From Hyalangium minutum (GTDB lineage Bacteria; Myxococcota; Myxococcia; Myxococcales; Myxococcaceae): a stretch of 64,000 nt of DNA. The notes under the pieces were generated by a model, which was not told the DNA's origin, did not search any database, and saw only the letters and a list, made by a program, of their open reading frames with translations. Position numbers and translations under genes: made by a program. The DNA lies in NCBI RefSeq assembly GCF_000737315.1, contig NZ_JMCB01000002.1, positions 1-64,000 of the forward strand. The letters run 5' to 3'. Below are positions 7,849 through 17,652 of this stretch, piece after piece. Within the stretch, counting starts at the first letter, position 1, and the number at the start of each line of letters is the position of its first letter.

Positions 7849-9654
7849 GTGAGTGACGAGCGTCCGGACGCGCTGCTCAAGAGCGCACTCGAAAAGATCG
7901 TCTATTTCGAGGCCCGCGCGGACCAGCTGCATCGCGAGCTGGAGGCAGCCCGGGAAGAGGTGGGGAGCCTCAAGCGCGAGCTGTCCGAGACGGGGCGGCG
8001 CGAGATTGTCCTCCGGCGCGAGCTGGCCGAGCTCGAGGTGCGCGTCAACCGCGCCCACACCGAGCGCGATGAGCTGGCGCGCCTCAACAAGGCGCTGCGC
8101 GACGAGCGCACGCAGCTCATGGGCAAGCTGCTCGATGCCACGCGCATCCACACGGCGGATCAGGTTCGCGATGACGCGGACGATGATCTCGGCATCGACC
8201 TGGCCTCGTTCATCTCGCAGCTGCGCAGCGAGGCGCTGAACCAGTCGGGCGCGGCGCACCCTCACGCGGAGGCTCCCGCTGCTCGCTTCACGCCCGCTCC
8301 GGTGGCCGCGAAGCCCGCGCATGAGTGGCCTCCTCCGCCGGTGCCGGATGAGCCGCGCGTGCCGCCGGGGCTTTCGGGGCTCGTCGTGGCGGCGGCGGTG
8401 GTGCCGAAGGGGAGTGGGGCGGTGGCGGCGTCGCCCGTGGTGCAGCAGGCACAGCGCCTGCGCCACGAGGGCCGGTTGGCGGTGAGCCCGCAGCAGTTCG
8501 CCGAGCTGTCCGGGCAGATGGGGCCGGTGGGCAGCCCGGACGAGACGCTGTTCGGCTTCTCCGTGCGCGAGCTGTCCTCTCCGAACCCAGCCGCTCGCAT
8601 TCGCGCCGCTGAGAGACTCAAGGCCCTGGCTCTTCCCGCCGCGGCTCCCGCGCTCGCGAGCGCCCTGCACGCCGAGACGGATCCGGCGGTGCAGGTGGTG
8701 CTGCTGCAGACGTTCGCCGGGCTGTGCCGGGAGGAGGGGGCCTCTGTTGTCTCGTCGCTGCTGGCCTCGCCCGTGGCCGAGGTCCGCATCTCCGCGCTCA
8801 AGGCCCTGCTCACGCTGGCGCCCGATGAGGCCGCGCCGCACCTCGCCCAGGCGATGAAGGATCCGGACCGCTCCGTGCGGCGGCGGGCCTCGCTGCTCGC
8901 GGTGGGCCTGGAGGGCGCGGCGGCGCGGCGGCTGGGTGAAGAGGCCATCCACGACAGCGTCCCCGAGGTGCGCGCCCTGGCCGCGCTGGCGCTCGGTGCA
9001 GCCAATGGCGAGGGGGCCCGGACGCTGCTGCTCGAGGCGCTCATGGATGACGAGCTCCGCGTGCGCAAGGCTGCCGCGCAGAGCCTCTCGCGCATCCTCG
9101 GCCACGATGTCTCGTCGGTGGTGGGGCTGGACGAGCCGCAGCGGCGGCGCGAAGTCCGTCGGCTCGCCACGCTTCCCTCCCAGCCCGTGCGTGCGCCGCT
9201 CAAGGCGAGCCCGCCCCCGAGTCCTGTTCCCGTGGTGGAGCTTGTCTCTCCGCCTCCCGCTGTGGCCCGCGCCGCTGCTCCCGCGCCTGTGCCTGCTCCC
9301 GCAGCGCAGCCGGTGGCCGCGGCTCCCGTGACGCTGGCGCGCACGGTGCCGGCGTCTGCTCCCGAGCGCTCGGGCTCCGTCCGGACCGCCCTGGCGGTCA
9401 TGGGCACGCGGTCCTCGCCCGGGGAGCCCTCCGCGGCCGAGCCGAGCGCTCCCGGGGCGCGTCCGGGCCCCTCGCCGGTGGAGGCGCTCTGCACGTCGCT
9501 GATGGCGGACATCCGCTCGGCCATCCGGGGGCGGTCAATGGGTGAACTGACGGCGGTTGTCTCCGCTCCAGTCGAGCTGGCTCAGGAGGCATTGACCCTC
9601 CTGCTGGCCCGTGGGGCTGTGGTACGCCGGGGGCACAAGTACTTCGTGGCATGA
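7849..9654 (+). CDS. pomY: PomY: N-terminal coiled coil, Pro/Ala-rich linkers, HEAT repeats; division-site positioning
   Basis: Domain layout and position directly upstream of the ParA-like pomZ and pomX. Confidence 0.82.
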   Translation: MSDERPDALLKSALEKIVYFEARADQLHRELEAAREEVGSLKRELSETGRREIVLRRELAELEVRVNRAHTERDELARLNKALRDERTQLMGKLLDATRIHTADQVRDDADDDLGIDLASFISQLRSEALNQSGAAHPHAEAPAARFTPAPVAAKPAHEWPPPPVPDEPRVPPGLSGLVVAAAVVPKGSGAVAASPVVQQAQRLRHEGRLAVSPQQFAELSGQMGPVGSPDETLFGFSVRELSSPNPAARIRAAERLKALALPAAAPALASALHAETDPAVQVVLLQTFAGLCREEGASVVSSLLASPVAEVRISALKALLTLAPDEAAPHLAQAMKDPDRSVRRRASLLAVGLEGAAARRLGEEAIHDSVPEVRALAALALGAANGEGARTLLLEALMDDELRVRKAAAQSLSRILGHDVSSVVGLDEPQRRREVRRLATLPSQPVRAPLKASPPPSPVPVVELVSPPPAVARAAAPAPVPAPAAQPVAAAPVTLARTVPASAPERSGSVRTALAVMGTRSSPGEPSAAEPSAPGARPGPSPVEALCTSLMADIRSAIRGRSMGELTAVVSAPVELAQEALTLLLARGAVVRRGHKYFVA

Positions 9655-9690
9655 CGCCACGTCGCCCTGGGGTCGAACGAAGGGTTCTCG

Positions 9691-10647
9691 ATGGAAGCTC
9701 CAACCTACACCGCCAAGCAAGTAGCCGAGATGCTCGGCGTGTCCGCGAAGGAGCTCTCCCAGGCCCTGAAGAAGGACGCGTACACGCCGGATGACCTGTG
9801 GGAGCTGCGCGCCACGCTGCAGAAGTACCCGGAGGTCATCACCCACCGCCGACAGCTGTTCCTCAACTTCAAGGGCGGCACGGGCAAGACGTCGCTGTCC
9901 ACCTCCTATGCGTGGCGCCTGGCCGAGCTGGGCTACGCGGTGCTGCTCATCGACTTGGACAGCCAGGGCCACTCCACCAAGTGCCTGGGCTACGAGGGCG
10001 AGGACTTCCCGAAGACGCTGCAGGATGTGCTGGTGCGCAAGGCGCCCCTGTCGCAGGTCATCCAGAAGTCCACGCTGCCCAACCTGGACTTCGTGCCCTC
10101 CAACCTGAGCATGTCCACGGTGGACCTGGCGCTGATGCCCATGGCCGGCCGTGAGTTCAAGCTGCGCAACGCGCTGAAAGAAGTCGAGGCTCAGTACGAC
10201 GTCATCGTCTTCGACGCGCCTCCGTCCTTCGGCCTGCTGAACCTCAACGCGCTGATGGCGGCCAACGACTTGTTCGTCCCGGTGCTCGCCGACTTCCTGT
10301 CCTTCCACGGCCTGAAGCTGCTCTTCGAGACGGTGCAGAGCCTGGAAGAGGACCTGCAACACGTGCTGGACCACGTGTTCATCGTCGTGAACTCCTTCAA
10401 CGCCACTTTCAAGCTGGCGAAAGAGGCACTCGAGGCGCTGCAAACGCACTACCCCGAGTACCTGCTGCCGACCATCATCCGGCAATGCACCAAGTTCGCA
10501 CTGGCCTCCAGCGAGGGCCGCCCCGTGTTCGTCGCCGACCCGGCGAGCAAGGGCGCCACCGACATCCAGGCCATGATTGACCATGTTCTGCCGCTGATGG
10601 CGGCCACGGCGCCCAAGGCCGGCGCCAAGGCCACCAAGGCCAGCTGA
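9691..10647 (+). CDS. pomZ: PomZ (AgmE), ParA/MinD-family ATPase
   Basis: Deviant Walker A KGGTGKT, LLIDLDSQG, DAPPS; N-terminus MEAPTY..KQVAEMLGVS as in Myxococcus PomZ. Confidence 0.9.
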   Translation: MEAPTYTAKQVAEMLGVSAKELSQALKKDAYTPDDLWELRATLQKYPEVITHRRQLFLNFKGGTGKTSLSTSYAWRLAELGYAVLLIDLDSQGHSTKCLGYEGEDFPKTLQDVLVRKAPLSQVIQKSTLPNLDFVPSNLSMSTVDLALMPMAGREFKLRNALKEVEAQYDVIVFDAPPSFGLLNLNALMAANDLFVPVLADFLSFHGLKLLFETVQSLEEDLQHVLDHVFIVVNSFNATFKLAKEALEALQTHYPEYLLPTIIRQCTKFALASSEGRPVFVADPASKGATDIQAMIDHVLPLMAATAPKAGAKATKAS

Positions 10648-10685
10648 CCCTTTCCTTCTCTTCCTCCTCCGCCCACTGCTCGCCC

Positions 10686-11816
10686 ATGAAGAAAGCCTTC
10701 GAACAGAATGTGTCCCGCGCCAAGCCGCGCGTCCGCCTTGGTGCGCTGACGGGCCTCCTGGATTCTCCCGAGGGTGCCGAGACCGCCGAGGACGCGCCCG
10801 AGCCTGTCGCGGAGGCCCCCGCGCCCGCCGCCCCGGACCTGTCCTCCGAGGTGCGTGCCCGCATTGAGCGTGCGAGGGCGCCTCGTCCCACGGCGGCCGA
10901 GGCGATTGACGCGGCCCTGCGGGCCCCGCTGTCCCAGCCCGAGGCGCAGGCGATGGCCGCGGTGCACTCCGAGGTGTTTGGGCCTCAGGCCGTGGCCCCG
11001 CCTCCGCGGTTGACGGCGGCGGAGCCCGAGCCCGTGGTGGCCTCCACGCTCACCGCATCCGTGGAGGTGCCGGTGGCGCAGGTGGCCGCGCCCGTGGCGC
11101 ACGGAAATGCGCCGGCGACGGAGGTGGAGGTGCAGACGCCGCCCTCGCCCGTGGAGGACATGGCGCCGGAGGCTCGGCGCGAGCGGCTGAAGGAGCGGCT
11201 CAAGGCGGTGCGGGAGAACCCGCGTCCAGAGCCGCTGCCGGCCTCGGTGTCCGAGGCGGGGATGCGGGCGGTGGAGCGCATCAACGCGCTCCAGGTCGAG
11301 CTGAACCGGGTGAAGGGGCTGAACCTGACGCTGACGCAGGAGCTGGAGGCGGCGCGGCGGCAGTCGGAGAAGGCGACGGAGGAAGCGCGCCTGCGGATGG
11401 ACGAGGCGCGGAGGCTGTCGTCGGAGATGGAGGGCCGGGTGAAGCTGCTCGGCGACCTGGAGCGCGAGCTGGCGGCACTGGAGGGCGAGCGGGACGAGGC
11501 GATGCTGTCGCTGCAGGAGTCGCGGCAGGCGCTGCAGGCGGCGGCCGAGGAGCGCGAGGAGTTGGAGGCGGAGGTCGCCAAGGGCACGCAGGCCCTGGCT
11601 GACAGCCTGTCCGAGGAGGAGCGGCTGGCGGCGGAGCTGGAGACGGCCAAGGACGAGGCCGCCTCGCTGCAGCGCGCGGTGGAGACGCTGAAGAGCGAGC
11701 GGGACGTGCTGGCGCAGCAGGTGGCGGCGCTCACGGCGGAGCGGGCCGAGCTGCTCGAAGCGCGCAAGGCGCTGGAGGCGGTGCACCGCGCGCTGAGCCA
11801 GGCCACCGTCCGCTGA
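10686..11816 (+). CDS. pomX: PomX, PomZ ATPase-activating protein with C-terminal coiled coil
   Basis: N-terminal peptide MKKAFEQNVSRAKPRVRLGALT (K13, R15) matches the known PomX activation peptide. Confidence 0.9.
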   Translation: MKKAFEQNVSRAKPRVRLGALTGLLDSPEGAETAEDAPEPVAEAPAPAAPDLSSEVRARIERARAPRPTAAEAIDAALRAPLSQPEAQAMAAVHSEVFGPQAVAPPPRLTAAEPEPVVASTLTASVEVPVAQVAAPVAHGNAPATEVEVQTPPSPVEDMAPEARRERLKERLKAVRENPRPEPLPASVSEAGMRAVERINALQVELNRVKGLNLTLTQELEAARRQSEKATEEARLRMDEARRLSSEMEGRVKLLGDLERELAALEGERDEAMLSLQESRQALQAAAEEREELEAEVAKGTQALADSLSEEERLAAELETAKDEAASLQRAVETLKSERDVLAQQVAALTAERAELLEARKALEAVHRALSQATVR

Positions 11817-11830
11817 CGGCGGGCCCGCGC

Positions 11831-12928
11831 TCAGCGCGAGAGGACGCTCAGGTTGCTGGCTCCGCCCACGAACTCGATGTCGTAACGGTCCGCCACGCTC
11901 TTGAAGTCCGGGCTCTCCAGGTTCATCGCCCCGCCCACGGATCCCAGGCGCTGCTCCTGGAACGCCAGCTTGCTCACGCCACCCCGCACCTGGAGCCGTG
12001 CGGCAGCTCCAGGAGGAAGGTGCAGGGTGAGATCGCTCGCGCCTCCTGTCACGCGGATTGGCACCGTGCCCGATGGCCGCGGGAGCCTCACGACACAGTC
12101 GCTGGCACCCCCCAGCAGCTCCAGCCCCTCGAGCTTCAGCGCGCTCAGCTCCGCTTCCAGCTTGCTCACGCCTCCCTTGAGCTCGAGCTGCCAGGGAATC
12201 GCCGCGTTGAGGGAGATGTGCGCCCCCTGCTTGCGCCAGTCGAGCAGCGAGAAGCGCTGATACTGGATGGAGACCGTGCCCGCCTCCTCCTTCACGGTGG
12301 GCGGCTTTCCCTCGAAGCGCGCCAGGTAGAGGAGCTCCGGTGGCGCATCGGTGCGCAGCGTCACCCGTGAGGCCCCGGTCATGAACCGCAGGCGCCCACT
12401 CTTCAGCGCCCCGAGCGGGCTGGAGAACTCCCCAGGAGGCCCCTCGCTCCGGTTGCCGGAGTCGGTGCGCAGCTTCCCTGTCTCGTCGCGCAGCACCCCC
12501 GCGGTCCGGTGGAGGAAGTCCACGAGGAACTCCAGCTGCTCCTCGGAGTTCTCCTCCACCAGCTCGCCCATCGCCTTGTCTGAGCTGCTGAACAGCGCCT
12601 CGAACTCCTCGCTCCGCTCAGGCACGGCCTCGATGATGACGTGCCGCCGATCGTTCGGATCCCTCACCCGCCGCGCCCACCCCGCCTTCTCCAGCCGGTC
12701 GATCAGCCCCGTCACTGCCCCCGACGTCAGCCCCGTCAGCTCTGCCAGCTTCCCCGCTGTCACCGCCCCGTTCCGCTCCAGGATGCTCAGGCACTTGAAG
12801 TCGGTCAGGTTGATCCCCAACCGCTCCGCCAGCGCCTGGCTGAACAGCACGTCCTGATCACTGAAGTCCCTCAACTCCCGCAGCAGCGACTCCAGCAAAG
12901 CCGCGCGCTTCCCCTGCCCACTTGACAT
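11831..12928 (-). CDS. MarR family regulator fused to a C-terminal GGxS-repeat (DUF4097/toast-rack-like) beta domain
   Basis: LGINLTDFKCLSIL...TAGKLAELTGLTSGAVTGLIDRLEKAGWARRVRDPNDRR, then about 200 aa of GGAS/GGVS repeats. Confidence 0.88.
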   Translation of the reverse strand: MSSGQGKRAALLESLLRELRDFSDQDVLFSQALAERLGINLTDFKCLSILERNGAVTAGKLAELTGLTSGAVTGLIDRLEKAGWARRVRDPNDRRHVIIEAVPERSEEFEALFSSSDKAMGELVEENSEEQLEFLVDFLHRTAGVLRDETGKLRTDSGNRSEGPPGEFSSPLGALKSGRLRFMTGASRVTLRTDAPPELLYLARFEGKPPTVKEEAGTVSIQYQRFSLLDWRKQGAHISLNAAIPWQLELKGGVSKLEAELSALKLEGLELLGGASDCVVRLPRPSGTVPIRVTGGASDLTLHLPPGAAARLQVRGGVSKLAFQEQRLGSVGGAMNLESPDFKSVADRYDIEFVGGASNLSVLSR

Positions 12929-12956
12929 GGTGGTGAACTCCTCTTATTTCTAGAAC

Positions 12957-12973
12957 ATCTTAGCTACTAAGAT
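12957..12973. promoter_or_regulatory. Candidate MarR operator ATCTTAG-CTA-CTAAGAT
   Basis: Perfect 7-3-7 inverted repeat in the AT-rich divergent promoter, 29 bp upstream of the marR ATG. Confidence 0.7.
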
Positions 12974-13053
12974 ATCTCGCCTCGAAGCCTTTCGCACCGT
13001 CAGTATACACGCATCCACCTCAAACCACCCCGTCGAACCCCAGGAGCCCTGCC

Positions 13054-13761
13054 ATGAACCCCTCCATGCCCCACGACCCGGCGTCGAAGTCCTCTCTGCC
13101 CCCGGAGGCCGCCGCCTTCCTCCAGAGCGAAGGGGAGGCGCGTGAGTTCTCGGCCCCGCTCGGTGAGGTCACCAGCGGCCGGCTGGAGTTCATGCAGGGC
13201 GCCTCGCGCATCACCCTGCGCGTGGACCCCACGATGACGGAGCTCTTCCGCGCCCGGTTCACGGGCCCGGTGCCCGAGGTGCGCGCAGAGAACGGCACCA
13301 TCGCGGTCCGCTACCACCTGTCGTTCTCCTCGTGGCTCCAGCTGGCCCTGCCGTGGAGCCAGGCGAGCGGGGAGATCGTCCTCAACGGCTCCATCCCCTG
13401 GCAGCTCGAGGTGCACGGGGGCGCGTCGGACATCTCGGGAGACCTGAGCGCGCTGCAGCTGCGCTCGCTCGACGTGGGAGGTGGGGCCAGCAACATCCGC
13501 CTGCGGCTGCCCAAGCCCGCGAGCGTCGTCCCCGTGGAGATCCAGGGAGGCGTGAGCAACGTCGTCTTCCACCGCCCCGTGGGCACCGCGGTGCGCATGG
13601 AGATCGACGGAGGCGCTGCGGATCTCGACTTCGATGAGCAGCACCTGGGCGCCGTGGGCGGCTCCACCCGGCTGGCCAGCCCCGGCATTGAGGATCGGCC
13701 TCACCGCTACGAACTGCGCATCCGGGGCGGCGCCAGCTGCATCACCGTCAACACGCGCTGA
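13054..13761 (+). CDS. Stand-alone GGxS-repeat beta-domain protein, paralogous to the MarR C-terminal domain
   Basis: Colinear similarity, e.g. EFSAPLGEVTSGRLEFMQGASRITLR vs EFSSPLGALKSGRLRFMTGASRVTLR. Confidence 0.85.
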   Translation: MNPSMPHDPASKSSLPPEAAAFLQSEGEAREFSAPLGEVTSGRLEFMQGASRITLRVDPTMTELFRARFTGPVPEVRAENGTIAVRYHLSFSSWLQLALPWSQASGEIVLNGSIPWQLEVHGGASDISGDLSALQLRSLDVGGGASNIRLRLPKPASVVPVEIQGGVSNVVFHRPVGTAVRMEIDGGAADLDFDEQHLGAVGGSTRLASPGIEDRPHRYELRIRGGASCITVNTR

Positions 13762-13838
13762 GCGGAGGGGAGAACGGACTGGCGAGCGTCGGCTTGAAGT
13801 TCCGGGCATCGCCTCATAGCCTTCTTCCAGGCGCTCCC

Positions 13839-14066
13839 ATGGACTCGATGCTCACTGCAGAAGATCTCTGGCCTCTCGTGCAGAAGCTCTCCCACGACGA
13901 GCAGGTCCGTCTGGCGAAACTTGCGCTGAGCGCCGCTGCGAAGAGCGGCGGTTCGGATGCGGCGAGCTACCGAGCCAGTCCTCCGGGCCGGGAGGAGTTC
14001 TCTTCCGAGGAAGATCCCCTGGCGTGGGAAGCCGAGGGCTGGGACGAGTTCAATGCTCCGCGGTGA
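13839..14066 (+). CDS. Putative antitoxin (75 aa, acidic Trp-rich C-terminal tail)
   Basis: Directly upstream of the PemK/MazF gene and overlapping it by 14 bp; tail EEFSSEEDPLAWEAEGWDEF. Confidence 0.65.
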   Translation: MDSMLTAEDLWPLVQKLSHDEQVRLAKLALSAAAKSGGSDAASYRASPPGREEFSSEEDPLAWEAEGWDEFNAPR

Positions 14067-14385
14067 GCTCCGGTGGTACACGTTCGCCTCCCCGGACAAG
14101 CGGCGACCCGTTCTGCTTCTCACGCGCGACGAGGTCATTGACGCGCTCAACGAGATCATCGTCGTGCCTGCCACGCGGACCATTCGCGGGCTGGAGACAG
14201 AGGTGCTGCTGTCACCAGAGGACGGGATGCCGGCGGTGTGCTCCCTCAACTTCGATCATGTGAGCCTCGCTCACCGCTCACGGCTCGGGGCGCTCATCAC
14301 CCGCCTTCCGCCTGCGCGTTGGCCGGAGGTCGAGCGCGCGCTGCTCATCGCATGTGGGTTCTCTGACTCTGCAAGCGGGAGCTAA
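14053..14385 (+). CDS. mazF: PemK/MazF family endoribonuclease toxin
   Basis: RGELRWY...DKRRPVLLLT...IIVVPAT...CSLNFDHV pattern; 110 aa. Confidence 0.88.
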   Translation: MLRGELRWYTFASPDKRRPVLLLTRDEVIDALNEIIVVPATRTIRGLETEVLLSPEDGMPAVCSLNFDHVSLAHRSRLGALITRLPPARWPEVERALLIACGFSDSASGS

Positions 14386-14451
14386 GCCCCAACCCAGGAG
14401 GAACGCCCGGGGAGCGCGGCGCATGGGACGCGCCCCCCAGGCCAGGACGCA

Positions 14452-16575
14452 TCAGGCGTTCGTGATGGTGCCGTTCTGCACGCGCAGCGCGTGGGTGATG
14501 AACTGCCGCTGCAGCTCGTTCGGCGTCCGCTTCGTGTAGTCCTTGTGGACCTCGCTGCTGGGGAGCAGGTGGTAGGTGGCCAGCACCTCGCCGGGCTTGG
14601 CCTCCACCACGAGGAAGCCATGCCGATCCGCCTCGGAGAAGACCATGTTCGGGTTGGCCGCCCGTAGCGTCTGGTCCGTCTCCACGGCGATGTACCGGTA
14701 GATGGGGCTGCCTTGCGCGAAGCCCGCGCCCTGCACCGCCGTGCCCGCCTCCTCCTTGATGGAGCTGGAGGAGATGGACGGCGCCGTCAGCGTGGGCACG
14801 CCCTCCTCCACCGAGGCGAACGAGGCATGAATGTCCCCCGACAGGAAGACCGCGTTGCTCACGTTGTTCTTCACGTACGTGAGCAGCTCTTTCTTCTTCG
14901 TCGGGAACCCATCCCACTGGTCCGTCGTGAAGTAGAAGCGCTGCCGCAACGAGGCGTCCGGGATGTCCGTCTTCTGCCTCAGGTCCAGCATCAGCGCCGA
15001 CAGCGACACCGAGCTGACGATGAACTTCCACGTGTTCGCCGCCTGCAGCTTGCCCTTGAGCCACGTCTCCTGCTCGGTGCCCAGCGCGTTCTCGCTGGCC
15101 GTCTGCGTGGCCGCGTAACGGTAGGCCGCGTACAAGTCATACGTGTCCTTGATGACGATGTTGCGCGTGCCCCGGACGTCGAACGGGTTCAGCTTGCCCA
15201 TGTGCACGAAGGCCAGGCCCCGGGGCTTGCCCGCCGGAGGAATGGCCAGCGCACCCGCGCCCGCTGCCGCCAGCACCTGGTTCACGTAGGCCAGCGCCAG
15301 CTTGCCCTTCACCCACGTGGCCGCCTTCGCCGAGGCCTCCTGCTGCGTGAGCCCCGCCTGCTGCGACTGTGCCACGTATACCTGCCGCAGCGTGGCCCTG
15401 TGCTGCTCGTACTCCGTCGCGTCCAAGTCCACATATGCGAACAAGTCGTTCGCGAAGGCCGGCGTCGCGCCGAGCGCCGCCAGCACCGTCTCGTCCATCA
15501 CCACTGCGCCCGGGTAGCCGTCCTCGGGGATGAGGTGGTCCGGACGGTAGGTGCGGTAGTCGGTGACGATGAGCTTCACGTGCTTGCCGAACTCGAAGTC
15601 CCGGTAGATGCGCGTGTTGGGGTACTTCGGCTCGGCGTCCACGTCGATGGAGCCCTCGCCGGCGGTGCCCGCCGTGTCGATGGGCAGGAACTCGAAGAAC
15701 GCCTGCTCCGCGTTGCGCCGCCGGTCGTCCTGCTTCTCCGTCCGCCGCCCGTTCTCGTACGTCGCGTTCGAGCCCCAGCAGTCGTTGGAGAACTCGTGGT
15801 CGTCCCACATGTTGATGAACGGGTAGCGCTCGTGGACTTTCTGGATGACGGGATCCGAGCGCACCGTCTTGTACAGGTCGCGGTAGTTCGAGAGCGACTG
15901 CGCCGCGTAGTACTGGAAGAAGCCCGTCTTCTGGACCAGCGCCTCCTCCGGCTTCTGGAACTTCACCTCGCGCAGCGTGTTCGTGGACTGGAAGGCCGGG
16001 TCCCCCGTGGTCTCGTAGATGTAGTCGCCCAGGAAGACGATGGCGTCCGCGTCCAGGCCGAGCTGCGTCAGGCGTTGCCACGTGTTGTAGTAGCGCCCCA
16101 CGTAGTCCTGGCAGCTGGCGACCACGAGCTTCACCGCCACGTCCTCCCCCGGCGCCGGCGCCGTCTTGGTGCGGCCCACCGGAGAGACGAAGCGCTCGCC
16201 GTCGTGCTCGTAGACGAAGCGGTAGTAATAGGTGGTGCGCGGCGACAGGTTCGTCACCTTCACCTTGAGGGCGTTGTCGTGCGCAACCAGCGCCTGGAGG
16301 CCCTTGGGGTTGGCGATCAGCGTGCCGAAGCTCTCCTCGGTGGAGACCTCGAGCGACAGGGTGACGTCTCCGCCATGCTCCTCATCCACGGCGCGCGTCC
16401 ACAGCACCACGCTGTCGGGGCGTGGATCTCCCGAGGCCACGGACTGCGGGAAATAGGCGCGCGACTGCGCTGCCTGCTGCTCGGTCGTCTCTTCTTCGTT
16501 GCAGCCAAACGCAGTCGTCGCCGCGACCGCGACGATGGACTGCAAGAGGGTGCGGCGGTGCAGTTTCTGGGACAC
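14452..16575 (-). CDS. phoD: Alkaline phosphatase D family protein, Tat-exported lipoprotein
   Basis: RRTLL Tat motif and FGC lipobox; FPQSVASGDPRPDSVVLWTR, FLGDYIYE, WDDHEF, DQWDGF, LSGDIH. Confidence 0.93.
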   Translation of the reverse strand: MSQKLHRRTLLQSIVAVAATTAFGCNEEETTEQQAAQSRAYFPQSVASGDPRPDSVVLWTRAVDEEHGGDVTLSLEVSTEESFGTLIANPKGLQALVAHDNALKVKVTNLSPRTTYYYRFVYEHDGERFVSPVGRTKTAPAPGEDVAVKLVVASCQDYVGRYYNTWQRLTQLGLDADAIVFLGDYIYETTGDPAFQSTNTLREVKFQKPEEALVQKTGFFQYYAAQSLSNYRDLYKTVRSDPVIQKVHERYPFINMWDDHEFSNDCWGSNATYENGRRTEKQDDRRRNAEQAFFEFLPIDTAGTAGEGSIDVDAEPKYPNTRIYRDFEFGKHVKLIVTDYRTYRPDHLIPEDGYPGAVVMDETVLAALGATPAFANDLFAYVDLDATEYEQHRATLRQVYVAQSQQAGLTQQEASAKAATWVKGKLALAYVNQVLAAAGAGALAIPPAGKPRGLAFVHMGKLNPFDVRGTRNIVIKDTYDLYAAYRYAATQTASENALGTEQETWLKGKLQAANTWKFIVSSVSLSALMLDLRQKTDIPDASLRQRFYFTTDQWDGFPTKKKELLTYVKNNVSNAVFLSGDIHASFASVEEGVPTLTAPSISSSSIKEEAGTAVQGAGFAQGSPIYRYIAVETDQTLRAANPNMVFSEADRHGFLVVEAKPGEVLATYHLLPSSEVHKDYTKRTPNELQRQFITHALRVQNGTITNA

Positions 16576-16671
16576 GGTTCCCCCATTGAGTGAGCCGGGG
16601 CATGGGGCTCCCGGCGCGCGCAGCGTACTTCCCGGCCTGCACTGCGGGAAGAGAGGGGGAGGAGTCGAGCG

Positions 16672-17652
16672 CTACGGCTTGCCGCGGGAGGCCGAGCTCT
16701 TCACGGAGGCGGCGAACTCGGGAGGCAGCGGAGGCTGTACCAGCCCCTCGGTGCTGGCGAGCGGCTCGGGGAAGTCCGCGGTGGGCTGCTGGGGCCCTTC
16801 CAGCATCGCCACCAGCCGCTTCACGCGATCCACCTTCTTCGGGTGCTTGGCAAAGCTGTTCCGCCCGTCGGGGATCTTGGCGAGGAACTCCAGGTACTCC
16901 CGTGGGTCATACCCGGCGGAGACGAGCAGGCGGACCGCTTCCTCGTCCGCAGCGTACTCCTCGTTCTTGTCCAGGCCGTTCTCGGTCAGGTCCTTCACCG
17001 TACTGTCCGCGAAGTTCCCCAGCAACTCCAGGTGGTGGTCCAGGTCCAGCACACCGTTCCACTTGCCGAGGACTCCGTTCAGCTCATCCGAGAACCGGGG
17101 CGTGACATCGAGACCGAAGTGGCTCACCAGCTTGTTGTTCTCGCGGCTGTTCACCGCCCGCTCGCACTGCGACACCTTGAGCTTGCCGTAGCGCGTCAGG
17201 ACATGCTTGCCGGTGATGTGGGCAATCTCGTGCGCGAGCACTCCGGCGAGCTGCGCCTCGTTCTCCACGCCTTGGAGCAGCCCCCGCGTGACGAAGACGT
17301 AGCCTCCGGGGGCGGAGATCGCGTTGAAGGACTCCGGGGTCTTCAGCACGCCGAAGGTCCACCTCAGCGTGGGGCGCTGAGACTGCGCGCCCAGGTTCTT
17401 TCCCACGACGTTGACGTAGTGAACGAGCTTCTCGTCCGTCTCCAGCGGGAGCAGCCCGCCGCCCTGCTGAACCCAGTTGAGGGCCACGGCGCCGCCCAGC
17501 GCGTATTCCTCCTCCACCGAGGGAGGCTGCGCCAGCTTCTGGCACTCGGCGCGCTCTTGCTTCGCTTGCTTGGACGTCGCCGGGATCACCGAGCACGACA
17601 GCGTCAGGGCGCCCAGGCCCGCCACGAAGGGCTTCCAGGAACGGGCGCTCAC
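16672..17652 (-). CDS. M48 family zinc metalloprotease, probable lipoprotein
   Basis: NAISAPGGYVFVTRGLL, AHEIAH, EYAADEEA; GTG overlaps the upstream stop (GTGA). Confidence 0.9.
   Translation of the reverse strand: MSARSWKPFVAGLGALTLSCSVIPATSKQAKQERAECQKLAQPPSVEEEYALGGAVALNWVQQGGGLLPLETDEKLVHYVNVVGKNLGAQSQRPTLRWTFGVLKTPESFNAISAPGGYVFVTRGLLQGVENEAQLAGVLAHEIAHITGKHVLTRYGKLKVSQCERAVNSRENNKLVSHFGLDVTPRFSDELNGVLGKWNGVLDLDHHLELLGNFADSTVKDLTENGLDKNEEYAADEEAVRLLVSAGYDPREYLEFLAKIPDGRNSFAKHPKKVDRVKRLVAMLEGPQQPTADFPEPLASTEGLVQPPLPPEFAASVKSSASRGKP

Noticed and set aside
10648-10685. Pyrimidine-rich leader without a Shine-Dalgarno before pomX
   Set aside because: SD-less starts are common in high-GC bacteria and I saw no convincing pairing partner.
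7849-11816. HEAT protein + ParA + coiled-coil protein as a novel partition system
   Set aside because: It matches the characterised PomXYZ system, including the PomX N-terminal peptide.
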